From: Candidatus Elulimicrobium sp. | GTDB taxonomy: Bacteria; Omnitrophota; Gorgyraeia; Zapsychrales; Fredricksoniimonadaceae | Assembly: GCA_020720365.1 (NCBI GenBank) | Contig: DYOU01000005.1 | Location: 1-62,132 of the forward strand | DNA length: 62,132 nucleotides | Direction: 5' to 3' | In this document: one piece after another, positions 25,629-35,723 of the stretch | Position numbering within the stretch: the first letter of the stretch is position 1 | Layout: the number at the start of each line of letters is the position of its first letter | Position numbers and translations under genes: made by a program | Notes under the pieces: generated by a model | The model's input: only the letters and a program-made list of their open reading frames with translations | The model's database searches: none | Told to the model about the DNA's origin: nothing

Positions 25629-26795
25629 TTAGTTACGGGCCTTGATCCAAGATTGAATTCGAGATATCCCTTCCTTAATGCGTTCTTGTGAAGTTGAAAA
25701 GGTCAATCGAATATAACCTTCCGCCCCGAAACCATCGCCCGGGATAACCGCCACCTTTACGTCATTAAGGATCATTTTTGCCACTTCAGCACATTTACCA
25801 AACCTTGTAAAATCACAAAAGAGATAAAAAGCACCTTCTGGTTTAATATAACGTATCTCCGGAATACCGTCAACCAGAGACATCATGAGATCCCTGCGCG
25901 TTTTAAATTCTTGTCGCATCGCGACTACCGTGTCTTCGGGTGAATTTAATGCCGCAATCGCTGCTTTTTGACTGATCGAGGTCGGATTGGATGTGGAGTG
26001 ATCCTGCAAATTCTTCATATAATTCATGACCTCTACAGGGCCAGCCGCATAACCAATACGCCACCCCGTCATGGCATACGCTTTTGATACTCCATTGATC
26101 GTAATAGTACGGTCATAAATGTCTTTACCTAAAGAAGCGATCGAAACAAAAGGTTCATTGGAGTACAAGAGCTTCTCATAAATTTCATCACTGATCACAA
26201 ATATATTATGCTGCACACAAATAGCCGCAATCTGTTCCAATTCCTTTTTCGTGTACACCATGCCCGTCGGATTTGAAGGAGAATTTAAAATAAGAAGCTT
26301 CGTCTTTGGCGTAATCGCCGCCGATAAGTCTTCCGGCGTCATTTTGAAATTATTCTTGGTTTGTGTATGAATAAAGACCGCTGTCGCACCAGCCATCTTC
26401 ACCATTTCAGGATAACTCACCCAATACGGAGCAGGGATAATAACCTCGTCACCGACATCACACAGGACCATGACCGCATTAAAAATAGAATGCTTTGCCC
26501 CGCAACCAACGACAACCTGACCAGGCTTATAATCCAGTCCATTGTCGCGTTTAAATTTAGAACAGATAGCGATCCGCAGATCTTCCGCACCGCTTGAAGG
26601 AGTGTACTTAGTAAAACCGCCGTTAATAGCTTTAACGGCGGCTTCTTTAACATAATCAGGAGTATCAAAATCCGGCTCTCCAGCCGCAAAATTAACAACA
26701 TCCTTTCCTTGCTCTTTTAATTCCTTGGCACGAGCGGTGATCGCTAATGTCGTTGACCCAACGATCTGCTGAATACGGGAATTAATCCGACTCAT
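25629..26795 (-). CDS. class I PLP-dependent aminotransferase (aspartate aminotransferase-like)
   Basis: Motifs FAAGEPDFDTP, NSPSNPTG and the PLP-lysine motif GVSKAYAMTGWRIGY. Confidence 0.9.
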   Translation of the reverse strand: MSRINSRIQQIVGSTTLAITARAKELKEQGKDVVNFAAGEPDFDTPDYVKEAAVKAINGGFTKYTPSSGAEDLRIAICSKFKRDNGLDYKPGQVVVGCGAKHSIFNAVMVLCDVGDEVIIPAPYWVSYPEMVKMAGATAVFIHTQTKNNFKMTPEDLSAAITPKTKLLILNSPSNPTGMVYTKKELEQIAAICVQHNIFVISDEIYEKLLYSNEPFVSIASLGKDIYDRTITINGVSKAYAMTGWRIGYAAGPVEVMNYMKNLQDHSTSNPTSISQKAAIAALNSPEDTVVAMRQEFKTRRDLMMSLVDGIPEIRYIKPEGAFYLFCDFTRFGKCAEVAKMILNDVKVAVIPGDGFGAEGYIRLTFSTSQERIKEGISRIQSWIKARN

Positions 26796-26800
26796 TTTAA

Positions 26801-27319
26801 TTATTCCTTTGCCGCCGCCTTCTTCGCCGGAGCCTTTTTCACCTTAGGTTGTTCTGTCACTTTTTCAGCCGACTTCTTAACCGGAGCCTTCACCGACTTT
26901 ATTTTAGACTCAACGATCTCGGCGTCAGCGACCTTATTCTCCGGCTTGACTTCAACAACTGTCCGCTCTGTCAATTCCAGAATAACCATTTCAGCATTAT
27001 CACCCTGACGATTGATCGCAAACTTAATGATGCGCGTATAACCACCCTGACGATCCTTAAAAAGCGGAGCAACAACATTAAAAAGACGACTTACTAACGC
27101 ATGATCAATAAGAACGGCAAAAGCCCGACGCTTAGCTGCCAGTGTATTCTCTTTACCTAATGTGATCATCCTGTCAACCATTTTTCTGGCCTCAACAGCC
27201 TTCGCCTTGGTCGTCTGGATCTTTTCACACTTAATCACTGCGCGGCACAAGTCTCTAACTGTCGCATTGCGCAGTGTTTGATTACGTCCGAATTTGTTAC
27301 CTGAAATTCCATGTCTCAT
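26801..27319 (-). CDS. rplQ: 50S ribosomal protein L17, with a Lys/Ala-rich C-terminal tail
   Basis: MRHGISGNKFGRNQTLRNATVRDL. It is the last gene of the alpha operon. The tail ...KAPVKKSAEKVTEQPKVKKAPAKKAAAKE is extra. Confidence 0.95.
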   Translation of the reverse strand: MRHGISGNKFGRNQTLRNATVRDLCRAVIKCEKIQTTKAKAVEARKMVDRMITLGKENTLAAKRRAFAVLIDHALVSRLFNVVAPLFKDRQGGYTRIIKFAINRQGDNAEMVILELTERTVVEVKPENKVADAEIVESKIKSVKAPVKKSAEKVTEQPKVKKAPAKKAAAKE

Positions 27320-27323
27320 AGAA

Positions 27324-28319
27324 TTACTCGCTCTTCTTTCTCAGCTTTTTGGTATCGATCTTCATACCTAGGCTTAATCCCATAACCTTAAGAAGATCGC
27401 CGATCTCTGTAAGGGATTTCTTACCGAAATTACGGAACTCCAGCAGCTCTTCTTCAGTTTTACGAACAAGCTCAGAAATACTCTTAATATTGGCATCTTT
27501 TAAACAATTGGAACTGCGAACAGATAGCTCGAGCTCTGAGATCGGTAAACGCAACTTCGCATATAAAGATTCTTCTTCTGCTGAAACCTCTTCCTCTTCC
27601 TCTTCCTCTTCAGGAAGCTGACCATAAGAAACAAAAACATCTAAATGACGCTGCAAAATATTAGCCGCGTAGAGAAGGGCTTCTTTAGGATTAATCGCCC
27701 CATTCGTCCAGATCTCAAGAATGATCCGGTCATAATCCGTCCGCTGGCCAACACGGGTATTCTCAGAAAAGAAATTAACTTTCTCAATTGGAGTAAAGAT
27801 GGAATCGACCGCAATAGAATCCACCGGCGCCCCTTCCTTCTTATTTTGATCCGCAGGAAAATATCCGCGACCACGGCAAACTTCGAGCTCTATATTAAAA
27901 TTAATATCTCTCGTAAGAGTGCAAATATGATGCTCAGGATTCAATACTTCAATTGTTTCATCCGCAATGATATCCTTAGCCTTCACTTCCCCTTTTTTTG
28001 TCGCCTTTATATACACAGACTTTGGGGCTTTTGAATGAGAACGAAGGACTAACTCTTTAATATTCAGAATAATATCTGAAACTGTCTCCAGTACGCCGGG
28101 AATCGTTGAGAATTCATGCTGCACACCCTCAATGCGAATAGACGTAACGGCACTTCCTTCAATAGAAGACAAAAGAACGCGACGCAAGGAATTCCCCAAT
28201 GTTACGCCATAACCACGCTCGAAAGGCTCTGCAATAAACTTGCCATAACGATCTGTATAAGACGCCTCATCACAATCCAAACGTTTGGGCATCTGAAAAT
28301 CACGCCATTTAACTCCCAT
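27324..28319 (-). CDS. rpoA: DNA-directed RNA polymerase subunit alpha
   Basis: NTD signature EPFERGYGVTLGNSLRRVLLSS and CTD signature LELSVRSSNCLK. The linker is acidic (EEEEEEEVSAEEE). Confidence 0.96.
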   Translation of the reverse strand: MGVKWRDFQMPKRLDCDEASYTDRYGKFIAEPFERGYGVTLGNSLRRVLLSSIEGSAVTSIRIEGVQHEFSTIPGVLETVSDIILNIKELVLRSHSKAPKSVYIKATKKGEVKAKDIIADETIEVLNPEHHICTLTRDINFNIELEVCRGRGYFPADQNKKEGAPVDSIAVDSIFTPIEKVNFFSENTRVGQRTDYDRIILEIWTNGAINPKEALLYAANILQRHLDVFVSYGQLPEEEEEEEEVSAEEESLYAKLRLPISELELSVRSSNCLKDANIKSISELVRKTEEELLEFRNFGKKSLTEIGDLLKVMGLSLGMKIDTKKLRKKSE

Positions 28320-28352
28320 GAGTGCTCTCCTATTTTAAGTGAAAAACCAAAA

Positions 28353-28961
28353 CTATTTCGAATAAAGCTCAATAATAAGCTGCTCATTAACCGGAACAAC
28401 AATATCTTCACGCACAGGAATACGAACAACTTTCCCTTTCAACGTATCATTATCAGCCATAAGCCATGACGGGACAGCCCAACCATCATTCATTTCAATA
28501 TTCTTTCTCAAATATTTGACAGTCGCTTCCTTTGGTGTAAAACTGATTTCATCTCCAATCTTAACAGGAGCTGAAGCAATATTTACTTTTTTCCCATTAA
28601 CCAGAACGAAACCATGCCCCACGATCTGACGAGCCTGTGCGCGTGTGATCGCAAACCCAAGACGGTAAACCACATTATCCAGACGAGTTTCTAAATACTG
28701 CAAGAGCACTGTACCGGTAACGCCCTTAGCCGCTGTTGACTTTAAATAATAATTCTTGAACTGCTTCTCAAGAATCCCGTAAATACGTTTTGCCTTCTGC
28801 TTCTCACGCAGCTGCAAACCATAATTAGACATCTTCCCCCGACGAAAACCATGCTGGCCGGGAGGCGTTTCACGCTTTTCAAGCGACCAACGCTTCTTAA
28901 GACCAAGATTAACGCCTTCTCTTCTTGAAAGTCTGCAACGAGGACCTGTGTAACGTGCCAT
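28353..28961 (-). CDS. rpsD: 30S ribosomal protein S4
   Basis: MARYTGPRCRLSRREG with an S4 domain, in the expected position in the alpha operon. Confidence 0.96.
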   Translation of the reverse strand: MARYTGPRCRLSRREGVNLGLKKRWSLEKRETPPGQHGFRRGKMSNYGLQLREKQKAKRIYGILEKQFKNYYLKSTAAKGVTGTVLLQYLETRLDNVVYRLGFAITRAQARQIVGHGFVLVNGKKVNIASAPVKIGDEISFTPKEATVKYLRKNIEMNDGWAVPSWLMADNDTLKGKVVRIPVREDIVVPVNEQLIIELYSK

Positions 28962-28973
28962 GAATAAACTCCT

Positions 28974-29414
28974 TTATACTCTTCTTTTCTTACGCGGACG
29001 GCAGCCATTATGCGGAATCGGCGTAACGTCGCGAATAGATGTAACCTGCAAGCCAGCCGCAGCCAGTGCGCGGATAGCAGACTCACGGCCTGATCCAGGC
29101 CCCTTCACTAAAACTTCCAACGATTCAATTCCGAGATCTTTTGCGCGCTTGGCAGCCTCACCTGCAGCAACCTGAGCGGCGAACGGTGTGGATTTCTTGG
29201 ATCCTGTAAAACCACACACACCCGGAGTTGACCAAACAATAGTATTCCCCTGTTTGTCCGTAATGGTCACGATAGTGTTATTGAACGTCGCACGTATCAT
29301 AGCCACACCGCTTGTAATACCTTTAAGGGAACGTTTTTTTGCTTTGGCCTTACGCGAAGCGGTCTTACTTTGAGCCTGAGCTTGAGCCTGTTGCTGCTTA
29401 TTTTCTTTTGCCAT
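28974..29414 (-). CDS. rpsK: 30S ribosomal protein S11, with a Gln/Ala/Lys-rich N-terminal extension
   Basis: Core sequence [24 protein letters not shown]...[13 protein letters not shown]. The N-terminus is [28 protein letters not shown]. Confidence 0.95.
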   Translation of the reverse strand: MAKENKQQQAQAQAQSKTASRKAKAKKRSLKGITSGVAMIRATFNNTIVTITDKQGNTIVWSTPGVCGFTGSKKSTPFAAQVAAGEAAKRAKDLGIESLEVLVKGPGSGRESAIRALAAAGLQVTSIRDVTPIPHNGCRPRKKRRV

Positions 29415-29426
29415 GAATCCAATCCT

Positions 29427-29807
29427 CTATTTAACGTCTTTCTTCTTCATACCGCCGACAGTCTGCTTGCGCCCTTTGCGCGTGCGCGAATTTGTGCGTG
29501 TACGCTGCCCACGGCACGGAAGCCCCTTACGGTGCCGAAGCCCGCGATAAGACCCCATATCCATATGTTGACGGATGTTCTGGTTGACTTCACGCCGAAG
29601 ATCACCTTCGACAACATGATTCTTCTGAATGAACGCCACGATCTTGGCGATCTCTTCTTCAGTTAAATCCTTTGCGTGTTTGTTCAAATCAATACTGGTA
29701 GCTGCCAGTATCTTCTTTGCGATCGTCGGACCAATGCCAAAAATATATTGAAGAGCAATCTCAATACGCTTGTCTTTGGGCAGGTCAATACCTAAGATTC
29801 TTGCCAT
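29427..29807 (-). CDS. rpsM: 30S ribosomal protein S13
   Basis: [26 protein letters not shown]. Confidence 0.96.
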   Translation of the reverse strand: MARILGIDLPKDKRIEIALQYIFGIGPTIAKKILAATSIDLNKHAKDLTEEEIAKIVAFIQKNHVVEGDLRREVNQNIRQHMDMGSYRGLRHRKGLPCRGQRTRTNSRTRKGRKQTVGGMKKKDVK

Positions 29808-29812
29808 ACTTC

Positions 29813-29926
29813 TTATCCTTGTCTTTGCTTATGTTTAGGGTTCTCGCAAATTACACGAACCACACGTTCACGCCGAACGACCTTGCACTTATTGCAGATC
29901 CTTTTAACCGAAGATTTAACTTTCAT
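29813..29926 (-). CDS. rpmJ: 50S ribosomal protein L36 (37 aa; not in the ORF track)
   Basis: Hand translation gives [37 protein letters not shown]. It lies between infA and rpsM, as in most bacteria. Confidence 0.93.
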   Translation of the reverse strand: MKVKSSVKRICNKCKVVRRERVVRVICENPKHKQRQG

Positions 29927-29927
29927 T

Positions 29928-30146
29928 TTACTTATTCCTATAAGTTATACGCCCACGGGAGAGGTCGTAAGGTGTCAACTCAACCTTTACCTTATCTCCC
30001 GGTAAAATACGAATAAAATGCATCCGCATCTTTCCCGAAACATGCGCCAGAACTTTATGGCCATTATCCAAAACAACACGAAACATTGCATTAGGCAATG
30101 CTTCTTCCACAACACCTTCTACTTCAATAAGATCTTCTCTAGCCAT
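29928..30146 (-). CDS. infA: translation initiation factor IF-1
   Basis: [41 protein letters not shown]. Confidence 0.96.
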   Translation of the reverse strand: MAREDLIEVEGVVEEALPNAMFRVVLDNGHKVLAHVSGKMRMHFIRILPGDKVKVELTPYDLSRGRITYRNK

Positions 30147-30155
30147 TTGCTTTCT

Positions 30156-30917
30156 TTACTTTTCCGTAAGTATTACTGGTCCTGATTCTGTGATAGCAAC
30201 CGTATGTTCAAAATGAGCCGACGGCTTCTTATCCACAGTAACCGCTGTCCAGCCATCGCTTAAAACTTTTGTTCGAGCCGTCCCCATATTTACCATTGGC
30301 TCGATAGCGAATACCATTCCCGCTTTTAACAAAGGCCCCTGTTTAGGTGCTCCATAATTAGGTATCTCAGGATCTTCATGCAACTGACGGCCAATTCCAT
30401 GGCCGACAAAGTCTCTCACAATCGAAAACCCTTTCGACTCCACATATGACTGTACCGCATGAGAAATATCACCGAGCCTGTTTCCAGGCCTTGCTTCAGA
30501 TATCCCGCGCATTAAACCTTGCCGCGTGACATCCAATAACTTTTGATGGCCTGATTCAACAGAACCAACCCCTAACGTCATGGCCATATCGGAATAATAA
30601 TCTTGATAAACAATTCCAATATCAACACCAACAATATCGCCATCTTTAATCAATCGCTTCCCCGGAATCCCATGAATAACTTCTTCATTCACGGATATGC
30701 ACGCGCAAGCCGGAAACCCGCGATACCCTTTAAAAGCAGCTCCGACTTTATTTTTCATGATCAGCGATTCAATCACCTGATCAATCTCTGCCGTCGTTAC
30801 GCCAACTTTAACGAAACTTTTCATGCTGTCAAATATACCGGCAAGTATCTTGCCTGCTTCACGAAGGATAACCAACTCCCCCGATGTCTTAATACGAATA
30901 TCAGGACTTTTTGCCAT
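30156..30917 (-). CDS. map: type I methionine aminopeptidase
   Basis: Motifs VIHGIPG, DIVGVDIG, GHGIG, AIEPM, EHTV. Confidence 0.95.
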   Translation of the reverse strand: MAKSPDIRIKTSGELVILREAGKILAGIFDSMKSFVKVGVTTAEIDQVIESLIMKNKVGAAFKGYRGFPACACISVNEEVIHGIPGKRLIKDGDIVGVDIGIVYQDYYSDMAMTLGVGSVESGHQKLLDVTRQGLMRGISEARPGNRLGDISHAVQSYVESKGFSIVRDFVGHGIGRQLHEDPEIPNYGAPKQGPLLKAGMVFAIEPMVNMGTARTKVLSDGWTAVTVDKKPSAHFEHTVAITESGPVILTEK

Positions 30918-31557
30918 TCAATATCTGAATTAATGCCTTGCGGACATCCTCAGCACCGGTATCGGCGTTAACTGTATGAAGCTTCTCCTGCAATTTATAA
31001 AAATCAATGATCGGTTTGGTCTGATCATTATATACAACTATACGTTTCTTAATTGTCTCTTCATTGTCATCAGCCCGCTGATACAGTTCACCCGTACAAA
31101 CATCACATACGCCTTCCTTCCGAGATGGCATATTTTTCAAATGATATAAAGCACCGCATTTTCTACATACACGGCGTCCTGTTAAACGCTGTAAAACCAC
31201 GTTTAAAGATGCTTCCATATAAAGAGCAAAATCAATGACAAGACCATTCGCTGCAAGAACTTTATCAAGGTCACTCGCCTGGGCGCTTGTACGAGGGAAT
31301 CCATCGAACATATACCCCTTCTTATCTGCCGCCGTCTCCTTGACTTTACCTTCAATCATCCGGGTCACTACCTCATCCGGAACTAACCCTCCCGACTCAA
31401 CATATCTTTTAATTTCAAGACCAATCACTGATCCGGCTTTAATTTCTGCACGAATTAAATCTCCAGTAGAAATATGATGCACACCCAACTGATCCTTGAT
31501 CGCACCCGCAAGCGTACCCTTACCTGCACCAGGAGCTCCTAAAAGAACAATAATCAT
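30901..31557 (-). CDS. adk: adenylate kinase (zinc-lid type)
   Basis: MIIVLLGAPGAGKGT. The lid reads CRKCGALYH...CDVC. Confidence 0.95.
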   Translation of the reverse strand: MIIVLLGAPGAGKGTLAGAIKDQLGVHHISTGDLIRAEIKAGSVIGLEIKRYVESGGLVPDEVVTRMIEGKVKETAADKKGYMFDGFPRTSAQASDLDKVLAANGLVIDFALYMEASLNVVLQRLTGRRVCRKCGALYHLKNMPSRKEGVCDVCTGELYQRADDNEETIKKRIVVYNDQTKPIIDFYKLQEKLHTVNADTGAEDVRKALIQILNGKKS

Positions 31558-32915
31558 CGTCTTCCCCTTAAATGTCCTGATTGCATAAAACCTTCATAAT
31601 TATACATTTGTAAATGTGACTCAACTTGCTTCATTGTGTCAAGCATAACACCAACAGTAATAAGAATGCCGGTACCACCAAAGAACGATGCTACTAAGTA
31701 TGGCACTTTTGCGGAAGCCATAATAGCATCAGGCATAATGGCAATACAACAAATAAAAGTTGCGCCTGCTAAAGTAATACGTGTCAGAACATGATCCAAA
31801 TAATCCGCTGTATCTTTCCCTGGCCTGATTCCGGGGACAAAACCACCATGTTTCTTTAAATTCTCAGCAACATCCGAAGGATTAAAAACAATCGCCGTAT
31901 AAAAATAACAAAAGAAAAGAATTAAGGATGCATAAAGAGCATAATAAAGAAAATGGCCTCGAGCCAAGAAAGATGCAATACTCTGTACTCCTTGAGCAGG
32001 AATAAAACTGGCAACCGTAGCCGGAAAAAGTAAAATAGACTGTGCGAAAATGATCGCAATAATCCCAGCCGTATCAACTTTCAAAGGAATAAAAGTACTC
32101 TGTCCTCCGACTGTCTTGTTGCCAACAGTCCTGCGGGCATACTGCACAGGAATGCGACGCTGCGCCTGGATAACAAGAGTCGTTGTAACCACAACTGTTA
32201 TAAAAAAGAACACTAACATTAACAGTGTCATCGGTTGAATCTGAGCACCACCAATGCCTTTAGCTGAAAGCAATCTCATTGTCATTTCAACCGCAGCAGG
32301 AGCTGCTGAGAGGATCCCAGCGGTAATGATCAAGGACATTCCATTCCCGACACCTTGTTCCTGAATGCGCTCACCAAGCCACATAATGATCAAAGTTCCG
32401 GTTGTCAACGTAACGACTGTTGTTAAACGGAACATCCAGCCTGGATTGTCAACGATCTGCAACCCCTGAAAAGCCTGCGGACTTTCAAGCCAAAGAGCAA
32501 TAAAAAAAGCCTGAATAACAGCCAGAACAACCGTCCCATACCTAGTGAACTGATTGATCTTTTGATAACCGGAATGACCTTCTTTAGACAATTTCTCCAA
32601 AGAGGGTATAACCGCTGTCAAAAGCTGCATAATGATCGAACTTGAAATATACGGCATTACACCAAGAGAGAAAACAGTTAACTTCTCCAGTGAACCACCG
32701 GAAAACATATTCATGATTGAAAAAACATTACCACCGCCCGTTGTAGCTGCAATACGCTCAAAGAACTCTGCTAGGGACTTCCCGTTGATCCCGGGTGTTG
32801 GTATAAAACATCCAAGACGATACAAGAAAATAATAAAAAGAGTAAAAAGAATTTTCTTACGAAGATCCTCGATTTTAAAACAAGTTGCTAACGCCTTGAA
32901 GAATTGGGCAAACAT
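31554..32915 (-). CDS. secY: preprotein translocase subunit SecY
   Basis: A 10-TM protein with the segments GINGKSL, LGVMPYISSSII and FIPGIRPG. It lies between rplO and adk. Confidence 0.96.
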   Translation of the reverse strand: MFAQFFKALATCFKIEDLRKKILFTLFIIFLYRLGCFIPTPGINGKSLAEFFERIAATTGGGNVFSIMNMFSGGSLEKLTVFSLGVMPYISSSIIMQLLTAVIPSLEKLSKEGHSGYQKINQFTRYGTVVLAVIQAFFIALWLESPQAFQGLQIVDNPGWMFRLTTVVTLTTGTLIIMWLGERIQEQGVGNGMSLIITAGILSAAPAAVEMTMRLLSAKGIGGAQIQPMTLLMLVFFFITVVVTTTLVIQAQRRIPVQYARRTVGNKTVGGQSTFIPLKVDTAGIIAIIFAQSILLFPATVASFIPAQGVQSIASFLARGHFLYYALYASLILFFCYFYTAIVFNPSDVAENLKKHGGFVPGIRPGKDTADYLDHVLTRITLAGATFICCIAIMPDAIMASAKVPYLVASFFGGTGILITVGVMLDTMKQVESHLQMYNYEGFMQSGHLRGRR

Positions 32916-32920
32916 ACGCC

Positions 32921-33406
32921 TTATTTTTTGACTTTCTTGGCTTTAGGTTTAGGCTCTGGCCGTTTTCTAATGATCTCTGCTTTCCCACCTGCTTTTTCAA
33001 TCTTTTGAGCAGCCTCTGCAGAAAAGGCATCCGCCTGAACAGTCAAAACTTTCTTCAATTCTCCACGCGAAAGGATCTTATAAGGTTTACGTGAACTACT
33101 CAGTAACTTGGCGGCCTTTAACAAATCAACAGTTACTATCTGATCGGCACTAAAACAATTCAATGCATCCAAATGAACCACCTGATAAACAACCGGATTG
33201 GCAGCATTAAATCCAACCTTAGGCAAACGGCGAATGATCGGCATTTGACCACCCTCGGAGCCCAGGATAATGCCACGTCCAGAACGTGAGCGCTGTCCGT
33301 TATCCCCCCGGCCTGACGTTTTCCCTAGTCCTGAAGCAGGGCCACGACCAAGACGAACTTTTTTTGTTTTTGAACCTTTTGGAGCCATTAATTGATGCAG
33401 CTGCAT
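32921..33406 (-). CDS. rplO: 50S ribosomal protein L15
   Basis: MQLHQLMAPKGSKTKKVRLGRGPASGLGKTSGRG. Confidence 0.95.
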   Translation of the reverse strand: MQLHQLMAPKGSKTKKVRLGRGPASGLGKTSGRGDNGQRSRSGRGIILGSEGGQMPIIRRLPKVGFNAANPVVYQVVHLDALNCFSADQIVTVDLLKAAKLLSSSRKPYKILSRGELKKVLTVQADAFSAEAAQKIEKAGGKAEIIRKRPEPKPKAKKVKK

Positions 33407-33425
33407 ATTTAAACCTTAATTTTAA

Positions 33426-34130
33426 TTAGACTGAAGTTTTTAAAGGTCTCTTCTTCATCTGAGAAAGACCATCAAACGTCGCTTTAACAACATTTAAAGG
33501 GTTGCTTGAACGATGAACCTTTGTAAGAATATTCTTAATACCAACTCCATCGCATATCGCTCTGACAGGACCTGATGCAATAACACCAGTACCGTCAGAG
33601 GCCGGCTTTAATAAAACACGCGTAGCACACCATGAACCAATACCTTCATGAGGAACTGTCGTACCATACACATTAAATTCTTCCATGCATTTCTTCGCCG
33701 CGTTCATACCCTTTTTAATGGCTATAGCTACCTCAGCCGCTTTACCTAAAGAATAACCAGCACGGCCTTTTCCATCACCAACAACAACAAGGGCCGTAAA
33801 AGACATCTTCGTTCCACCTTTGGTAACTTTTGCAACACGACTGATACGGATCACTTTCTCGACTAAGCCACTGGCTTCTTCTTTTTCTCTTGGAGGACGC
33901 TGACCTCTTTTCGCTCCACGGCCGCGACCACCCTGATCTCTGCCACCGGGCTGAGCTGCGCCAGCCGGATTATTATCGGTTGAATAAGCTATTTTTTTTT
34001 CAGCCTTCTCAACAGACTGCATCCCGACCTTGACTTCTTGCCCTGGACGTTGTCCTTTTCCACCTTTTGATTCGCTCGAATCTGCGTGATTCTGGGCAGG
34101 ATTTCCTGCAACAATATCTTTTTTTTCCAT
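33426..34130 (-). CDS. rpsE: 30S ribosomal protein S5 with an ~85-aa low-complexity N-terminal extension
   Basis: Core sequence EKVIRISRVAKVTKGGTKMSFTALVVVGDGKGRAGYSLGKAAEV. The start is 5 nt after the L18 stop and follows AAGAG. The extension contains GGRDQGGRGRGAKRGQRPP. Confidence 0.92.
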   Translation of the reverse strand: MEKKDIVAGNPAQNHADSSESKGGKGQRPGQEVKVGMQSVEKAEKKIAYSTDNNPAGAAQPGGRDQGGRGRGAKRGQRPPREKEEASGLVEKVIRISRVAKVTKGGTKMSFTALVVVGDGKGRAGYSLGKAAEVAIAIKKGMNAAKKCMEEFNVYGTTVPHEGIGSWCATRVLLKPASDGTGVIASGPVRAICDGVGIKNILTKVHRSSNPLNVVKATFDGLSQMKKRPLKTSV

Positions 34131-34135
34131 ATCTC

Positions 34136-34498
34136 TTAAAATTCCAATCCGACTTTTCTGGCTGCATCTGCGAACGCCTTCACCCGGCCATGGTACTTAT
34201 ACCCACCCCGGTCGAAGGCCACCTTGCGATACCCCTTGGCGATCGCATCTTTCCCGAAAACTTCACCTAAGATTTCAGCAGCTTTGATATTCCCGCCGCT
34301 CTTAAGTGTTGCCCGAATACTCTTTGCCAGAGTACTCATCCCCATTAAAACCTTTCCTGATGTATCATCAATGATCGATACTGAAATGTTTTTTAAACTA
34401 CGATGCAAACACAGACGAGGACGCTCCATAGTGCCGACCATCTGCTTGCGAATACGACGATGACGATAAACTCTTTTAATTTCCGCAGAATTTTTCAT
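34136..34498 (-). CDS. rplR: 50S ribosomal protein L18
   Basis: Segments RHRRIRKQMVGTMERPRLCLHRSLKNISVSII and FDRGGYKYHGRVKAFADAAR. Confidence 0.95.
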   Translation of the reverse strand: MKNSAEIKRVYRHRRIRKQMVGTMERPRLCLHRSLKNISVSIIDDTSGKVLMGMSTLAKSIRATLKSGGNIKAAEILGEVFGKDAIAKGYRKVAFDRGGYKYHGRVKAFADAARKVGLEF

Positions 34499-34503
34499 AA
34501 TGA

Positions 34504-35043
34504 TTACTTAGTGGTCGATTTTCCTTGTTTTCTCTTAATGATCTCACCAACATAACGGATACCCTTACCCTTGTAAGGTTCCGGCGGCTTGATCCCGCGA
34601 ATCTTAGCCGCAACCTGACCAAGAAGAATCTTATCGGGACTTTCTAGCTTAATTTCCGTCGGTTTTGGCATTAGAACCTTAACTGTCGCCGGAACAATAA
34701 ACTCAACCGGATGACTAAAGCCAAGATTAAGAAGCAATTTCTGTCCAGCTACTGTTCCTCTGAACCCGATCCCCTGGATCTCCAGATCTTTCGCATGCCC
34801 CTTAGTAACTCCTACAACCATATTCTTGATTAATGCTCTAATGGTCCCATGGTTCGCTTTATTTTGTTTTGTATCATTAACCCTGGATACAATAATTCCC
34901 TGGTCTCCCTGCTCGACTTTAATGCCTAAAGGCAGCTGCATGGCAAGCTTTCCCTTCGGGCCTTCCATATTAATGGTTGTCGGCGTTATCGTCAATTTTA
35001 CTTCTTTAGGCAATGCTAATGGGATCTTACCAATTCTTGACAT
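34504..35043 (-). CDS. rplF: 50S ribosomal protein L6
   Basis: MSRIGKIPLALPKEVK and the segment PEPYKGKGIRY. Confidence 0.95.
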   Translation of the reverse strand: MSRIGKIPLALPKEVKLTITPTTINMEGPKGKLAMQLPLGIKVEQGDQGIIVSRVNDTKQNKANHGTIRALIKNMVVGVTKGHAKDLEIQGIGFRGTVAGQKLLLNLGFSHPVEFIVPATVKVLMPKPTEIKLESPDKILLGQVAAKIRGIKPPEPYKGKGIRYVGEIIKRKQGKSTTK

Positions 35044-35049
35044 AGTTCC

Positions 35050-35445
35050 TTACCAGATGTAGCAGAGGACTTCGCCCCCGATTTTCAATTTACGAGCTTC
35101 TCTGTCATCAATAATACCTTTTGATGTAGAAATAATCGCCTTACCAAGACCACTTAAAACTCTTGGGATCTCTGTATTGCTGGCATAAATACGCAAACCA
35201 GACCTTGATACACGCTTAATTCCTGTAATAACAGGCTTCTTGTTCTCATACTTGAGAAAAATCTTGAGAACGCCCTGTTTGTTATCTTTAAGCAAACGAT
35301 AATCTTCGATATAGCCATCCTGCTTAAAAATAAAAAGGATCTTTTCAAGAAGCTTGGACGCAGGCACGTCGACTGTTTCTTTCCGCACCTTCAGTGCGTT
35401 CCTGATGATCGTTAACATATTTGCAATTGGATCATTGACTGGCAT
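35050..35445 (-). CDS. rpsH: 30S ribosomal protein S8
   Basis: MPVNDPIANMLTIIRNA and the C-terminal segment GGEVLCYIW. Confidence 0.95.
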   Translation of the reverse strand: MPVNDPIANMLTIIRNALKVRKETVDVPASKLLEKILFIFKQDGYIEDYRLLKDNKQGVLKIFLKYENKKPVITGIKRVSRSGLRIYASNTEIPRVLSGLGKAIISTSKGIIDDREARKLKIGGEVLCYIW

Positions 35446-35532
35446 CGGTTAAAACCTCTTTCTCATCATTCTTAAAATTAATTGCCCTGCTATAAATCCT
35501 AACGACAGAACAGAAAAAATACGGCCGGCACA

Positions 35533-35718
35533 TTACCAGCTTGCTTTTTTAACTCCGGGAATTTCACCCTTCCACGCCATTTCACGAAAGCAAAGACGGC
35601 AAATCCCAAAACGCCGCATAAAACCTCTTGGACGACCGCAAATCCTACACCGACGATGCGCTCTGGTTGAAAACTTTGGTGCGACTTTGGACTTATTGAT
35701 CAATGATTTTTTCGCCAT
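35533..35718 (-). CDS. rpsN: 30S ribosomal protein S14, type Z (zinc-binding, 61 aa)
   Basis: The four-cysteine motif [20 protein letters not shown] and a C-terminal ...KASW. Confidence 0.95.
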   Translation of the reverse strand: MAKKSLINKSKVAPKFSTRAHRRCRICGRPRGFMRRFGICRLCFREMAWKGEIPGVKKASW

Positions 35719-35723
35719 AAATC

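Noticed and set aside
27560-27610. The (ttcctc)n-like repetitive DNA at 27560-27610 and the gagcctgagcttgagcctg repeat near 29370, considered as possible tandem-repeat or CRISPR-like elements.
   Set aside because: Both are in frame within rpoA (Glu run) and rpsK (Gln-Ala repeats). They are coding low-complexity sequence, not repeat arrays.
35446-35532. The unusually long (87-nt) S14-S8 spacer, examined for a small ORF, terminator or promoter.
   Set aside because: The only features are a GCCGGC palindrome with no usable loop, followed by a T6 run. There is no convincing hairpin, no -35/-10 pair and no ORF with an RBS. I left it unannotated.
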